Shown piece by piece: positions 18,181 to 26,834 of a DNA stretch of 34,695 bases. The stretch comes from Armatimonadia bacterium (lineage in GTDB: Bacteria; Armatimonadota; Zipacnadia; Zipacnadales; UBA11051): the NCBI GenBank assembly GCA_039683575.1, contig JBDKRC010000250.1, positions 1 to 34,695 of the forward strand. The letters are read 5' to 3'. The position numbers were made by a program, and so were the translations under genes. The number at the start of each line of letters is the position of its first letter. Position 1 is the first letter of the stretch. The notes beneath the pieces were generated by a model. That model ran no database searches. It was not told where the DNA came from and saw only the letters and a list, made by a program, of their open reading frames with translations.

Positions 18181-20400
18181 CTATCCCCTGACGCTCCGCT
18201 CGATGATATGATCCTGTATGCCCTTGTTCAGGGTCGTGAAGTAGGCGCTGTAGCCTGAGACCCGGACGGCGAGGTGGGACCATTGCTCCGGGTTCTCTTG
18301 CGCCGCGCGAAGTTGTTCCTCGCCGACGATGTTGAACTCCAGATGCATGCCGCCCTGCTGGAAGTAGGTCGTAAGCAGATCCGCCAGCATTCCGGCTTCC
18401 TGCCCTGCAGGCAGCGCGGAGGGGTGTAGCTCACAGATATACGATGTTCCTGCCGCCGCGCGGGTCTGATCGATCCTGGCGGCTGAGAGCAGGGAAGCGG
18501 CGGGTCCAAGCCGGCCGCGCCCCGGATAGGGCATCAGGCTATTGGCCAGATTCTCCCCTGCCCGGCGGCCGTCGGCTGAGGCCGCGCAGACAGCGCCGCC
18601 GCTGATGGCTACCGTGAAGGTGAACAGGTGTGCATGATAGCGCCCGCCGCGCGGATGTGCAAATCCGTCGAGGGTCTCGCAGAAATGGGCGGCCAGTTCA
18701 TCGGCCAGCCCGTCCACTTCCTCTTCGTTGTTGCCATACTTGGGCGCATTGTGCATGAGACGCTGGCGGAGGTCCTCGGTTGCGACGAAGTTGCTGCGCA
18801 GGGCCTCCAGAAGCTCCGCCATCGTGAGCGAGCCGTCCCCGACTTCATGACGGATGGCCGTCAGTGCATCAGCGACGTTCGGAATACCCATCGCGCAGAT
18901 GCTCGTGGCATTATACCGCGCACCGCCCGCTGTCATGTCGCGTCCGCTGGCCACACAGTCATCGGTCAGCATGGACAGAATCGGCATTGGAAAGTGCGTC
19001 GCCTGCGCCTGCTCGGTCTGCCGGAGGCCCTCGGTCGCCCGCTGCAGGTCAGCGCGCACCTGTTCACGGTACGCGGCGAGCACGTCGTCATAGGTGAAGT
19101 ACGCCGCGTCCCCCGTCTGGGGCCCCGCCTGCTGGCCTGTGAGCATGTCCACGCCATTGTTCAGCGCGAGTTCCAGGCACTTGAGCAGGTTGCAGTAGTA
19201 GGCAACCGCCCGCGGGTCCATCAGGCCCGGGATTGTGATCTCGATGCAGCCGATGATCGCGTAGTCCCGGGCGTCGGCCAGCGGGATGCCCTTCTGCACG
19301 AGCGCGGCGATGATCGCCTCGTCATTGAAGAACTGCGGCTGGTCGAGGCCATGCGATACGACCGCGCAGGCCCGCTCCAGCAGCGCTCGTGGGCTCTCCC
19401 GGTGCCAGCGCACGGAGGTCTGCCGTGCGAGGTGCAGCTCGTCCATGACCTCCAGCACGAGGTAGGTGACCTCATCGGTCACATCGCGCCCCTCGCGGTC
19501 TACGCCGCCGATCATGCCGTTCTGGACGTCGTAACCCTTGTACACCTTGAGCCAGAAGGCGGCAAGAAGCTCCTTGGCCTGCTCGCGCGTCAGCCGCCCT
19601 GCCGCCACGTCCGCCTCATAGAAGGGTCCCAGCAGCCGGTCGAGGTGCCCAAGCGAGTGCGCGTTGGGCGGGTCCTCCGCCTCCACGAACAGCAGGCAGA
19701 ACCACAGCGCCTGCAGCGCCTCATGGAAGGTCCGCGCGCCACGCGCAGGGACCTGCACACAGACCTCGGCAATCGTCTCTAGCTCTGCGCGGCGCTGCGG
19801 GTCGGTCTCCGCCTTCGCCAGGCGCCGCGCCTCGGCGGCATAGTTGCGACCATACTGGGCGCAGGCGGTCGCAAGGTCAGCTATCCCGTGCCGGAAGTCC
19901 TCCGGCGTGTATGGCACTGACAGAGTAGCGTCCGGAGGGGCCGCATGATCGCGCCCTTTGCGATCATCCGGCCCGCGCTCCGCCTCGTCGGCAATCGCCA
20001 GGAACCCCTCACGCAGCACGCGCTCATAGCCCGGCACGCAGTGGCCAAGCAAATTGCCCCGCGCCCGGAAGTCGGGGTGAGCGCGCCAGAACTCCCCGAC
20101 CTCGCGAAGCTGCGCGTCAAGCGCCTCATCCCCCACCTCAGGCTGATTATCGCCCCAGAACTCCGGGTAACTCAGCAGGTTCCAGTCCGAGGTCACAGCC
20201 TGATAGCCAACGATCAATTCGTCAGGCAGAATGCGCGGCGTAGCGCTGCGAAGATAGTTCGCCAGGCCGGCGCAGCGGCGGACGATGACGGTGTCGTCAA
20301 GATGATCCCGGTAGCCGGCGGTCAACAGCACGGCGCGTTCGATATCAGGATCGCGCTTGGTGGTGAGGGCCTGCTCTTTGAGCCGTTCGATCCGCGTCAT
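18181..20400 (-). CDS. glycyl radical enzyme (PFL2/eliminase-like)
   Basis: C-terminal VRVSGYSAYF glycyl loop, single-Cys IIGCIE motif, PDELIVG, HNAPKYGN and ASADGRRAG motifs. Confidence 0.9.
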   Translation of the reverse strand: MTRIERLKEQALTTKRDPDIERAVLLTAGYRDHLDDTVIVRRCAGLANYLRSATPRILPDELIVGYQAVTSDWNLLSYPEFWGDNQPEVGDEALDAQLREVGEFWRAHPDFRARGNLLGHCVPGYERVLREGFLAIADEAERGPDDRKGRDHAAPPDATLSVPYTPEDFRHGIADLATACAQYGRNYAAEARRLAKAETDPQRRAELETIAEVCVQVPARGARTFHEALQALWFCLLFVEAEDPPNAHSLGHLDRLLGPFYEADVAAGRLTREQAKELLAAFWLKVYKGYDVQNGMIGGVDREGRDVTDEVTYLVLEVMDELHLARQTSVRWHRESPRALLERACAVVSHGLDQPQFFNDEAIIAALVQKGIPLADARDYAIIGCIEITIPGLMDPRAVAYYCNLLKCLELALNNGVDMLTGQQAGPQTGDAAYFTYDDVLAAYREQVRADLQRATEGLRQTEQAQATHFPMPILSMLTDDCVASGRDMTAGGARYNATSICAMGIPNVADALTAIRHEVGDGSLTMAELLEALRSNFVATEDLRQRLMHNAPKYGNNEEEVDGLADELAAHFCETLDGFAHPRGGRYHAHLFTFTVAISGGAVCAASADGRRAGENLANSLMPYPGRGRLGPAASLLSAARIDQTRAAAGTSYICELHPSALPAGQEAGMLADLLTTYFQQGGMHLEFNIVGEEQLRAAQENPEQWSHLAVRVSGYSAYFTTLNKGIQDHIIERSVRG

Positions 20401-20414
20401 CGGTGGACCTCAGG

Positions 20415-21296
20415 TTAGGCAGGAATCATCGGCGGCACGCCTGTCCGTTCCAGCGGCCGCGTCTCCAGCGGCTCCCACTGACATTCACTGTCGGGCGGTC
20501 CGTCCTCCGCCTCAAACATCCCCTGCCACCGCTTCTTGAACAGCGCCCAGTTCTTCATGGTGACATACTTGAACTTCACATCGGGTGAGCCATCGGTTGT
20601 CACGTTCTCGAAGTGGTACAACTCCACCGAAGGTTCGTAGAGCACCCGCCAGCCCGCTTCACGCGCCCGGTAGCACAGGTCAAAGTCCTCGAACTGCGCC
20701 GGGTTGAACGCTTCATCGAGGTTCCCCACCTGCTCGACAACCTCACGCCGCATCAGCCAGCAGGCGCTGATGAGGCACTGTACTTCAGCCTGCAGGTTGT
20801 ACTCCGGAGTGTCAATCGCCCTGCCCCGACCACGGTACTGCACACGTCCCGTCGGCGAGATCGCCACGCCCGCGCATTCGATGTTGTAGGGCTCAAACGG
20901 GTAGACCAGCTTCGGCCCGACGATGCCGACGCCAATGTCATCAAGAAGCACCTGCCGCAGCCCCGCCAGCCACCCCTTGTGGCGCACTGCCACATCATTG
21001 TCCATGAAGCCTATGAAGTCGCCAGTGGCGACCTCCAGGCCCTGATTGCGGGCAGTACACGCCCCCACATTGCCCTCATTGCGGATCAGCTCAAACTCCA
21101 CCCCGCGCCCCCGCGCCTCGGTCTGCAGGGCCTCCAGCATCTCGACGCTACCGTCGGTCGAGCCATTGTCTACCACCACAATCTGATCCGGCGGCGGCTG
21201 GCAGTCAAGCTGACCCCGCAGGCATAGCTCCGTATACGGGCGCTTGTTGTAGCTGACGACGATCAGGGTTGTGCGCAGGCTGGTCTCACTGTTCAA
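20415..21296 (-). CDS. glycosyltransferase family 2
   Basis: IVVVDNGSTDGS, ARNQG, FMDND, ACWLMRR and FEDFDLCYR motifs. Start is TTG 21296 (GAGG RBS) or GTG 21311. Confidence 0.9.
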   Translation of the reverse strand: MNSETSLRTTLIVVSYNKRPYTELCLRGQLDCQPPPDQIVVVDNGSTDGSVEMLEALQTEARGRGVEFELIRNEGNVGACTARNQGLEVATGDFIGFMDNDVAVRHKGWLAGLRQVLLDDIGVGIVGPKLVYPFEPYNIECAGVAISPTGRVQYRGRGRAIDTPEYNLQAEVQCLISACWLMRREVVEQVGNLDEAFNPAQFEDFDLCYRAREAGWRVLYEPSVELYHFENVTTDGSPDVKFKYVTMKNWALFKKRWQGMFEAEDGPPDSECQWEPLETRPLERTGVPPMIPA

Positions 21297-23943
21297 CGCG
21301 AATAACCTCACACCGCTGGGGCTCCAGCGGCACTGTCACTACGAAATTGGCCCCATCAACGGCTACCGCCGGTTGCGACGGACGAACAAGCGCCGTCACC
21401 TTGACGCCCTCACCAAGCTTCAGGGCCTTACCATCCAGTGTCACCTTTGCGTTAACCGGCGCCTTGCTGTCGTTGAAGACCGCAAAGAGGATCGTCTTGC
21501 CCTCGCCGGGACCATAGCGCTCCACCCGGACCTCTGCCGGCCCTGCCGTCGCGTACGTCACAGGCTGCCATCCGGCCGCGAACATCTCCCGCAGGACCGG
21601 GATGAACTGCTTGTACAGCGGCCGGGCGCGCTCGTATAGCGCGGGGTCTTTGAAGAAGTGGACAATCTGCCACTTGCCGTCTACGAAGACGTCGCCGTTG
21701 AAGAAGCTCGGAAAGATACCATATAGCGCGCTACGGTGGAAGTAATCTTCCATGTACGTGGGTGGCAGCTTGGCGAACTGTGTGTTGAGCAGTGGCGAGT
21801 AGGGCTTGTTGCGCAGCAGCGTCCGCGCCATCGCCATCGCCTCATGTGACAGGATCGTGCCAGTCTCCTGGCCCGTCGTGTCCAGGAGGGCCGGGAAGAA
21901 CGGCCACAGCGCCCCGCCATTGCCATGCATGGCCCCGCCGCGCGCGTGGACGTCCTGGGCGATCCAGTTGGTATACTGCCAGGTCGAGAACATCTGCAGG
22001 AGGACAGGCTGGCGGGTCTCGGGGTCGAAGGTCAGCGGGACTTCGACAGTCTTCCAGTGCTCCCGCCGCCAGTTGCGCACCTCGCCCCAGTTGGGCATCG
22101 AGTCGATGTAGATGCCGTCGAGTCGCGGCCCTGTCGCGGGCATGATGTTCTTGTCCGCCCAGGCTTTGCTGTAGCCCTGATGGCCCTTGTTCACGGGGCA
22201 CTCGGGCGTCTCTGGGATGTTCGGGTCGGGGTTGAGGGTGAAGACCGCGCCATCGCACCACGACTGGTTCTGCAGCGAGACGTCGTACCTGCCCTGCTGG
22301 TTGAAGACGCCGGAGCAGAGAGTAGCCGAGGCGCTTCTCTTCTGCGCCTCGTTACCCTTTTCAATCGCATCCCGCAGCGCCTGGAGCGCCCCGTCATACG
22401 TCCGGGGACAGCTCTTGGCCATCGCCAGCCAATACGTCATAGGCTCGATGTAGCGGAAAGCCGTGATGCCGTTGTCGTTGTCAAACTGCAGCGGCGTGGC
22501 GCTGATTTCGTCATACGCAAAGCCGAAGTCCTGCCAGTCCTTGACCTTGCTGATGTCAGCGAAGGCCATCCAGATGCCGCCCTTCTTCAGGCGCTGGGCG
22601 AAGAACTGCGGGTGGCGGCTGTGGTACTTCTCGGTCGCCGCCCGGAAGCCCCATTGCGGGTCGTGGGCATAGATTGAGAAGCGGAAGTCGGCCTGCGAGG
22701 GGAAGTTGAGGGTATCTTTGACCAGACCGAGGTTGACTGCGATGTACAGGGCCTTGAGCGTGCTGTTGTAGGTCAGCCGGAAGACACGTGGGCAATCCAT
22801 CGGCACCGAGAGCGACAGGCCGACGTTGCCCGCCGTCAGCGAGCACATCGGGTAAGCCGACGCGATACCGGAGATGGGCCAGCCCGAGGCGTTGAGATAC
22901 TCACCCTCGGCCGTAGTAGCCGTCGAGTGCAGCATGTCGTTGTGCCACACCCACGGCAGGTCTGCCAGCGGCAGGACGAAGTAGGCCGTCACGGCCCGGT
23001 CCTTGCCGGTCAGGTCCTTCACCGTCGCGTGTACATCAATGCCGTCGCCGGTGGCTTCCCAGCGCGACTCCAGGGACAGGCCCGCCGCGGCATCCTTGCC
23101 TGCCAGCGTCGCCCCTTTGCCGTCCTTGCTTACTGTGTAGTCCGGGCGCAGCCACGGCCCCTCTGCCCCCACGTCCCGGACCCACATTCCACCGGGCCCC
23201 TGCCCCAGCACCGGCTTGCCGGCCACGGCCAGCCCTGCCGGGCGGCCCTGTGCGTCCAATTCAAGCTTGAGACCATCCTGCGTCTGCAGCGCGGTCTGCG
23301 GCTTGCCGGCTTTGCCGCCGCCCGTGGTCGTCACCGGCGTCCGGTCAAATACCGCCGCCCCACCTGTCTGCAGTTCCTGCAGGGAGATGTCATCAAACCA
23401 TACCTTACCGCTGAAGCCCCGCCGGAAAAGCAGACTGATAGTGGCGCTGCGCACCGGCTTGCTCACGATGAATGAGTACTCACTGTGTTGCCAGTCGTGA
23501 GTGCCGACCTCGAAAGTGGCTTTCTGGCCATACAGCGGCGTGCCGTCAACGTACTGCAGGTCCACCCAGACCGAGTATTCGGAACCGCGCGTGCCCTCGA
23601 CACCCTCGGCTTTGCTCCAGCCGCCCACCACCAGCGGTTGCGCCTTGGTCTGGTTGAGCGTCACTGTCTGGCTGATCCAGAACTGCGTCCCCGCCTCGGG
23701 CTTGACGAAACGCAGGCTGGCTTTCCCGCTGTGTGCTACCTGCTCATCCACTGCCCAGTCCGGCGATAGCTGGCTTTCCCAGCCCACCGGCTTGCCGCCC
23801 TGAAGCTGCTCAAAGCCCGGGTTTGCGACCAGGTTTGGGCCTCGCGCTGCCTCGACCTTGAGGGGCCTCAGCACCTCTGCCGCCTGCAGCGGCACTGTTG
23901 AGATAACGACCATGGCAATTGCCAACAGCCAGAAGTCTCGCAC
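21286..23943 (-). CDS. secreted protein: N-terminal CBM4/9-like domain plus putative glycoside hydrolase-like catalytic domain
   Basis: Signal peptide, NLVANPGFE...VWFDDISL CBM-like module, and a later DGIYIDS motif typical of TIM-barrel glycosidases. GGGAGG RBS. Confidence 0.7.
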   Translation of the reverse strand: MRDFWLLAIAMVVISTVPLQAAEVLRPLKVEAARGPNLVANPGFEQLQGGKPVGWESQLSPDWAVDEQVAHSGKASLRFVKPEAGTQFWISQTVTLNQTKAQPLVVGGWSKAEGVEGTRGSEYSVWVDLQYVDGTPLYGQKATFEVGTHDWQHSEYSFIVSKPVRSATISLLFRRGFSGKVWFDDISLQELQTGGAAVFDRTPVTTTGGGKAGKPQTALQTQDGLKLELDAQGRPAGLAVAGKPVLGQGPGGMWVRDVGAEGPWLRPDYTVSKDGKGATLAGKDAAAGLSLESRWEATGDGIDVHATVKDLTGKDRAVTAYFVLPLADLPWVWHNDMLHSTATTAEGEYLNASGWPISGIASAYPMCSLTAGNVGLSLSVPMDCPRVFRLTYNSTLKALYIAVNLGLVKDTLNFPSQADFRFSIYAHDPQWGFRAATEKYHSRHPQFFAQRLKKGGIWMAFADISKVKDWQDFGFAYDEISATPLQFDNDNGITAFRYIEPMTYWLAMAKSCPRTYDGALQALRDAIEKGNEAQKRSASATLCSGVFNQQGRYDVSLQNQSWCDGAVFTLNPDPNIPETPECPVNKGHQGYSKAWADKNIMPATGPRLDGIYIDSMPNWGEVRNWRREHWKTVEVPLTFDPETRQPVLLQMFSTWQYTNWIAQDVHARGGAMHGNGGALWPFFPALLDTTGQETGTILSHEAMAMARTLLRNKPYSPLLNTQFAKLPPTYMEDYFHRSALYGIFPSFFNGDVFVDGKWQIVHFFKDPALYERARPLYKQFIPVLREMFAAGWQPVTYATAGPAEVRVERYGPGEGKTILFAVFNDSKAPVNAKVTLDGKALKLGEGVKVTALVRPSQPAVAVDGANFVVTVPLEPQRCEVIRVEQ

Positions 23944-23973
23944 GAGGCACCTCCCGCTCAGGCGGGTTTGTTG

Positions 23974-24951
23974 TCAGTATGCAACCACATCAGCAATGGC
24001 AGTGGCGATACTCTTGAAATCAGGGATTGCGGCGCGTTCCAGCGTGCGACTCGACGGCACGGGCGTATCCAGGGCCGCTACACGCTTCGGCGGTGCTTGC
24101 AGGTAATCGAAGCACTCCTCGGTCACCCGCGCCACGATCTCCGCGCCAACCCCGCCGGTCAGTGTCCCCTCCTCCACCACGACCACGCGGCCGGTCTTCT
24201 CCAGCGACGACTTGACCGCCTCAGCATCGAGCGGCGCCAGCGTCCGCAGGTCCAGAACCTCGGTAGCGACGCCGTGCTCGGAGAGAGCCTCCGCGGCCTT
24301 CAGCGCTTCCTCCACCATGCGGCCATAGGCCAGCACGGTCACGTCCTCGCCCTCCAGCGCTACCCGCGCCTGCCCTAGCGGTACCGTATAGTCACCCTCC
24401 GGCACTTCGCCACGGTGACCATAGAGAATCTTGCTTTCGAGGAAGATGACCGGATCATCCCACCGAATGGCGCTCTTCAGCAGCCCCTTGGCATCCTCGG
24501 CGGTGGAGGGACAGACAACCACAAGCCCCGGTGTAGCGACGAAGAAGCGCTCCAGACTCTGGGAGTGCGTCGGGCCATACCCTCTCCCCGCGCCGTAGGG
24601 GCAGCGCACGACCAGCGGCACGTGGCACTGCTCGCCAAACTGGTAGTGGAACTTCGCCGCATGGTTCACAAGCTGGTCCACGGCGAGGGTGATGAAGTCC
24701 ATGAACATGATCTCGGCGACGGGCCGCAGGCCGGTCATGGCCGCACCCACGGCCACGCCCACGAAGCCACCCTCGGCAATCGGGGTGTTCAGCACCCGCT
24801 CGCAGCCGAAGCGGTCAACGATGCCCTCGGTCAGCTTGAACGCGCCACCGTAGCCCGCGATGTCCTCCCCCAGGAGTATCACCGCCGGGTCGCGCTCCAT
24901 CTCTTCCTCGAGCGCCGCTCGAATTGCGTGTGAGAAGAATAGTTCTGGCAT
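23974..24951 (-). CDS. 2-oxoacid/acetoin dehydrogenase E1 beta subunit (PdhB/AcoB-like)
   Basis: GEDI..YGGAF, NTPIAE, GLRPVAEIMFMDF, THSQ, DAKGLL and DLRTLAPLD motifs. Confidence 0.93.
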   Translation of the reverse strand: MPELFFSHAIRAALEEEMERDPAVILLGEDIAGYGGAFKLTEGIVDRFGCERVLNTPIAEGGFVGVAVGAAMTGLRPVAEIMFMDFITLAVDQLVNHAAKFHYQFGEQCHVPLVVRCPYGAGRGYGPTHSQSLERFFVATPGLVVVCPSTAEDAKGLLKSAIRWDDPVIFLESKILYGHRGEVPEGDYTVPLGQARVALEGEDVTVLAYGRMVEEALKAAEALSEHGVATEVLDLRTLAPLDAEAVKSSLEKTGRVVVVEEGTLTGGVGAEIVARVTEECFDYLQAPPKRVAALDTPVPSSRTLERAAIPDFKSIATAIADVVAY

Positions 24952-24968
24952 TTCGTGTGGTGCGGGTC

Positions 24969-25829
24969 CTATATGGGCGGCATCTCCGCCATGTCCGGAA
25001 TTGCCGGCGCGCTGGTCTCCATCTCCGCCATCGGCGGAATTCCGGCGGAGGTCTGCGAGGCCTCGGCCATAGGCGGCAGCATGCTCTGCTCACGGTTGAT
25101 CAGCATGGGCAGCAGCCTGTCCCCCGCCGTCCGCTGCTCTTCCTGTGCCGAAGGCGGTGCCGCAACCGGGGCAGCGCCCGGCGGCCGCACTTCCTGCGCA
25201 CGACGTTCCTGGGACTGGGTCGAGTCGCTCCGCCGCGCCCGCACCTCCTGTTCGGTCTCGACCGCGGCGGGCATCTCAAGCCGCACACGAGGCGCGCCGG
25301 TCCCTGGTTTGGCTTGGGGCGAAACGGGGGCCACCGGCGAAGGAGACGATGGCGGCTCTTCAGACGGCGTCGTACCACCAGTTCGCCCCCGGAGCTCGAC
25401 CTCGGTCTCGACCGGGGCGGGCATCTCAAGCCGGACGCGCGGCGCGCCGGTTCCAGGCTTGGCTCGAGGCCGCACCACGGGCGTTCCCGGGAGAGGGGGC
25501 GGCGGCGTCGGAGCTTGCTGCTGAGCCATTCCGGCCCGTTTCTCTATCTGAGCGAGGGAGTCACGGGCGGCGGCGCGCAGGTCCTCATTCGGACTGGTCA
25601 TAAACGGCATCAGTTCGCCAGCGGCTTCTGGACCACCGATCTGCCCCAGTTCCTTGATCGCAATCCATTGCACCGGCTCGTCACCGCTCTTGAGCATCCG
25701 CAGCAATGACTGCTGGCGTCTTTGGGACAAAGGCAGTGAGGGCGACATCTGCCCCTCTGCGGCAGCTTTTATCTCACCCGCCACGAATTTCAGAAGATCG
25801 CCGATTCCTGGTTCAAGGTCCTTGGGCAT
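24969..25829 (-). CDS. hypothetical protein: HEAT-like repeat N-terminus plus Pro-rich disordered tail with repeated motifs
   Basis: VQWIAIKELGQIGGPEAAGELMPFMTSPNEDLRAAARDSLAQI is HEAT-like. The duplicated 21-aa motif differs mostly at synonymous sites, which supports this frame. GGAGG RBS upstream of ATG 25829. Confidence 0.75.
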   Translation of the reverse strand: MPKDLEPGIGDLLKFVAGEIKAAAEGQMSPSLPLSQRRQQSLLRMLKSGDEPVQWIAIKELGQIGGPEAAGELMPFMTSPNEDLRAAARDSLAQIEKRAGMAQQQAPTPPPPLPGTPVVRPRAKPGTGAPRVRLEMPAPVETEVELRGRTGGTTPSEEPPSSPSPVAPVSPQAKPGTGAPRVRLEMPAAVETEQEVRARRSDSTQSQERRAQEVRPPGAAPVAAPPSAQEEQRTAGDRLLPMLINREQSMLPPMAEASQTSAGIPPMAEMETSAPAIPDMAEMPPI

Positions 25830-25856
25830 GCCTGACACTACCTCCGGAATCGAGCT

Positions 25857-26834
25857 CTATACCTGGCCCAGTCCCGCCGTCGCGAAGACGCCCCGCGCCA
25901 CGCCTCCGGCGTCGGGCTCAGGGCTCTGCCGCGCGAACTCAACGGCTTGAGCGACCTCCTCCTCAACCTGCTCCCGCGCCGCAGCTAGTTGCTCCTGCGT
26001 AGTCCCAGCCTCCAGCAGTCTCTCCGCCATCACCCCGAGCGGATCGCGGGCCAGCCACCGCTCCAACTCGCCCTCAGGACGGTACTCGCACTTGTCACTC
26101 TTCGAGTGCCCGCAGTGACGGTAGGTCCGGGCCTCGACGATGGTGGGCCCATTCCCCTCCCGCGCCCGCTGGACCGCCTGCTGGGTCGCCTCGCGCACCG
26201 CAAAGTAGTCGTTGCCGTCCACCGTCACACCGGGGATGCCGTAGGCCTCAGCCCGTCGCGAGAGTCCTTCGATCTTGAAGGTCTGAGCCACCGGCGTGCT
26301 CATCGCGTAGGCGTTGTTCTCGATGAGATACACAATCGGCAGGTCCCAGATGGCGCCCATGTTCACGCCTTCGTGGAAATACCCGTTCCCGCAGGCGCCG
26401 TCTCCAAAGAAACAGAGCACCGCCTTGCCGGTGCGCTGCAGCTTCTGGGTCAGCGCCGCGCCAGTCGCCACCGGGATCATGCCTGCGGTAATGCCGTTGG
26501 ACCCCAGGAATCCAATCCCGAAGTCCGCCATGTGCTGCGAGCCGCCCCGCCCGGCAGAGTACCCGGTCGCCTTGCCGAACAGCTCGGCCATGATCCGGCC
26601 CGTGTCCCCGCCTTTGGCCAGAAAGTGCCCGTGGCCGCGGTGGTTGGAGGTGACAAGGTCACCCGGCCCCAGCGCCGCAATTCCGCCCACCGCACACGCC
26701 TCCTGCCCCACACAAAAGTGCGAGGTGCCGCCGATCAGCCCCTCGCTAAAGATATTAGCCAGCACTTCCTCAAATCGCCTGATCAGCACCATCAGGCGGT
26801 AGTGTTCGAGCAATTCGTCGGGGGAATAGGTCAC
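25857..26834 (-). CDS. TPP-dependent 2-oxoacid/acetoin dehydrogenase E1 alpha subunit (PdhA/AcoA-like)
   Basis: GQEA, SNHRGHGH, GRGGSQH, TPP motif GDGA...ENN and TYR..GHS. Start at GTG 26834 (GTGA overlap with the KS stop). Confidence 0.93.
   Translation of the reverse strand: MTYSPDELLEHYRLMVLIRRFEEVLANIFSEGLIGGTSHFCVGQEACAVGGIAALGPGDLVTSNHRGHGHFLAKGGDTGRIMAELFGKATGYSAGRGGSQHMADFGIGFLGSNGITAGMIPVATGAALTQKLQRTGKAVLCFFGDGACGNGYFHEGVNMGAIWDLPIVYLIENNAYAMSTPVAQTFKIEGLSRRAEAYGIPGVTVDGNDYFAVREATQQAVQRAREGNGPTIVEARTYRHCGHSKSDKCEYRPEGELERWLARDPLGVMAERLLEAGTTQEQLAAAREQVEEEVAQAVEFARQSPEPDAGGVARGVFATAGLGQV

Noticed and set aside
18181-20400. Calling the GRE pyruvate formate-lyase (pflB) supplying acetyl-CoA
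   Set aside because: It lacks the Cys-Cys pair of true PFL and has a single-Cys GCIE motif.
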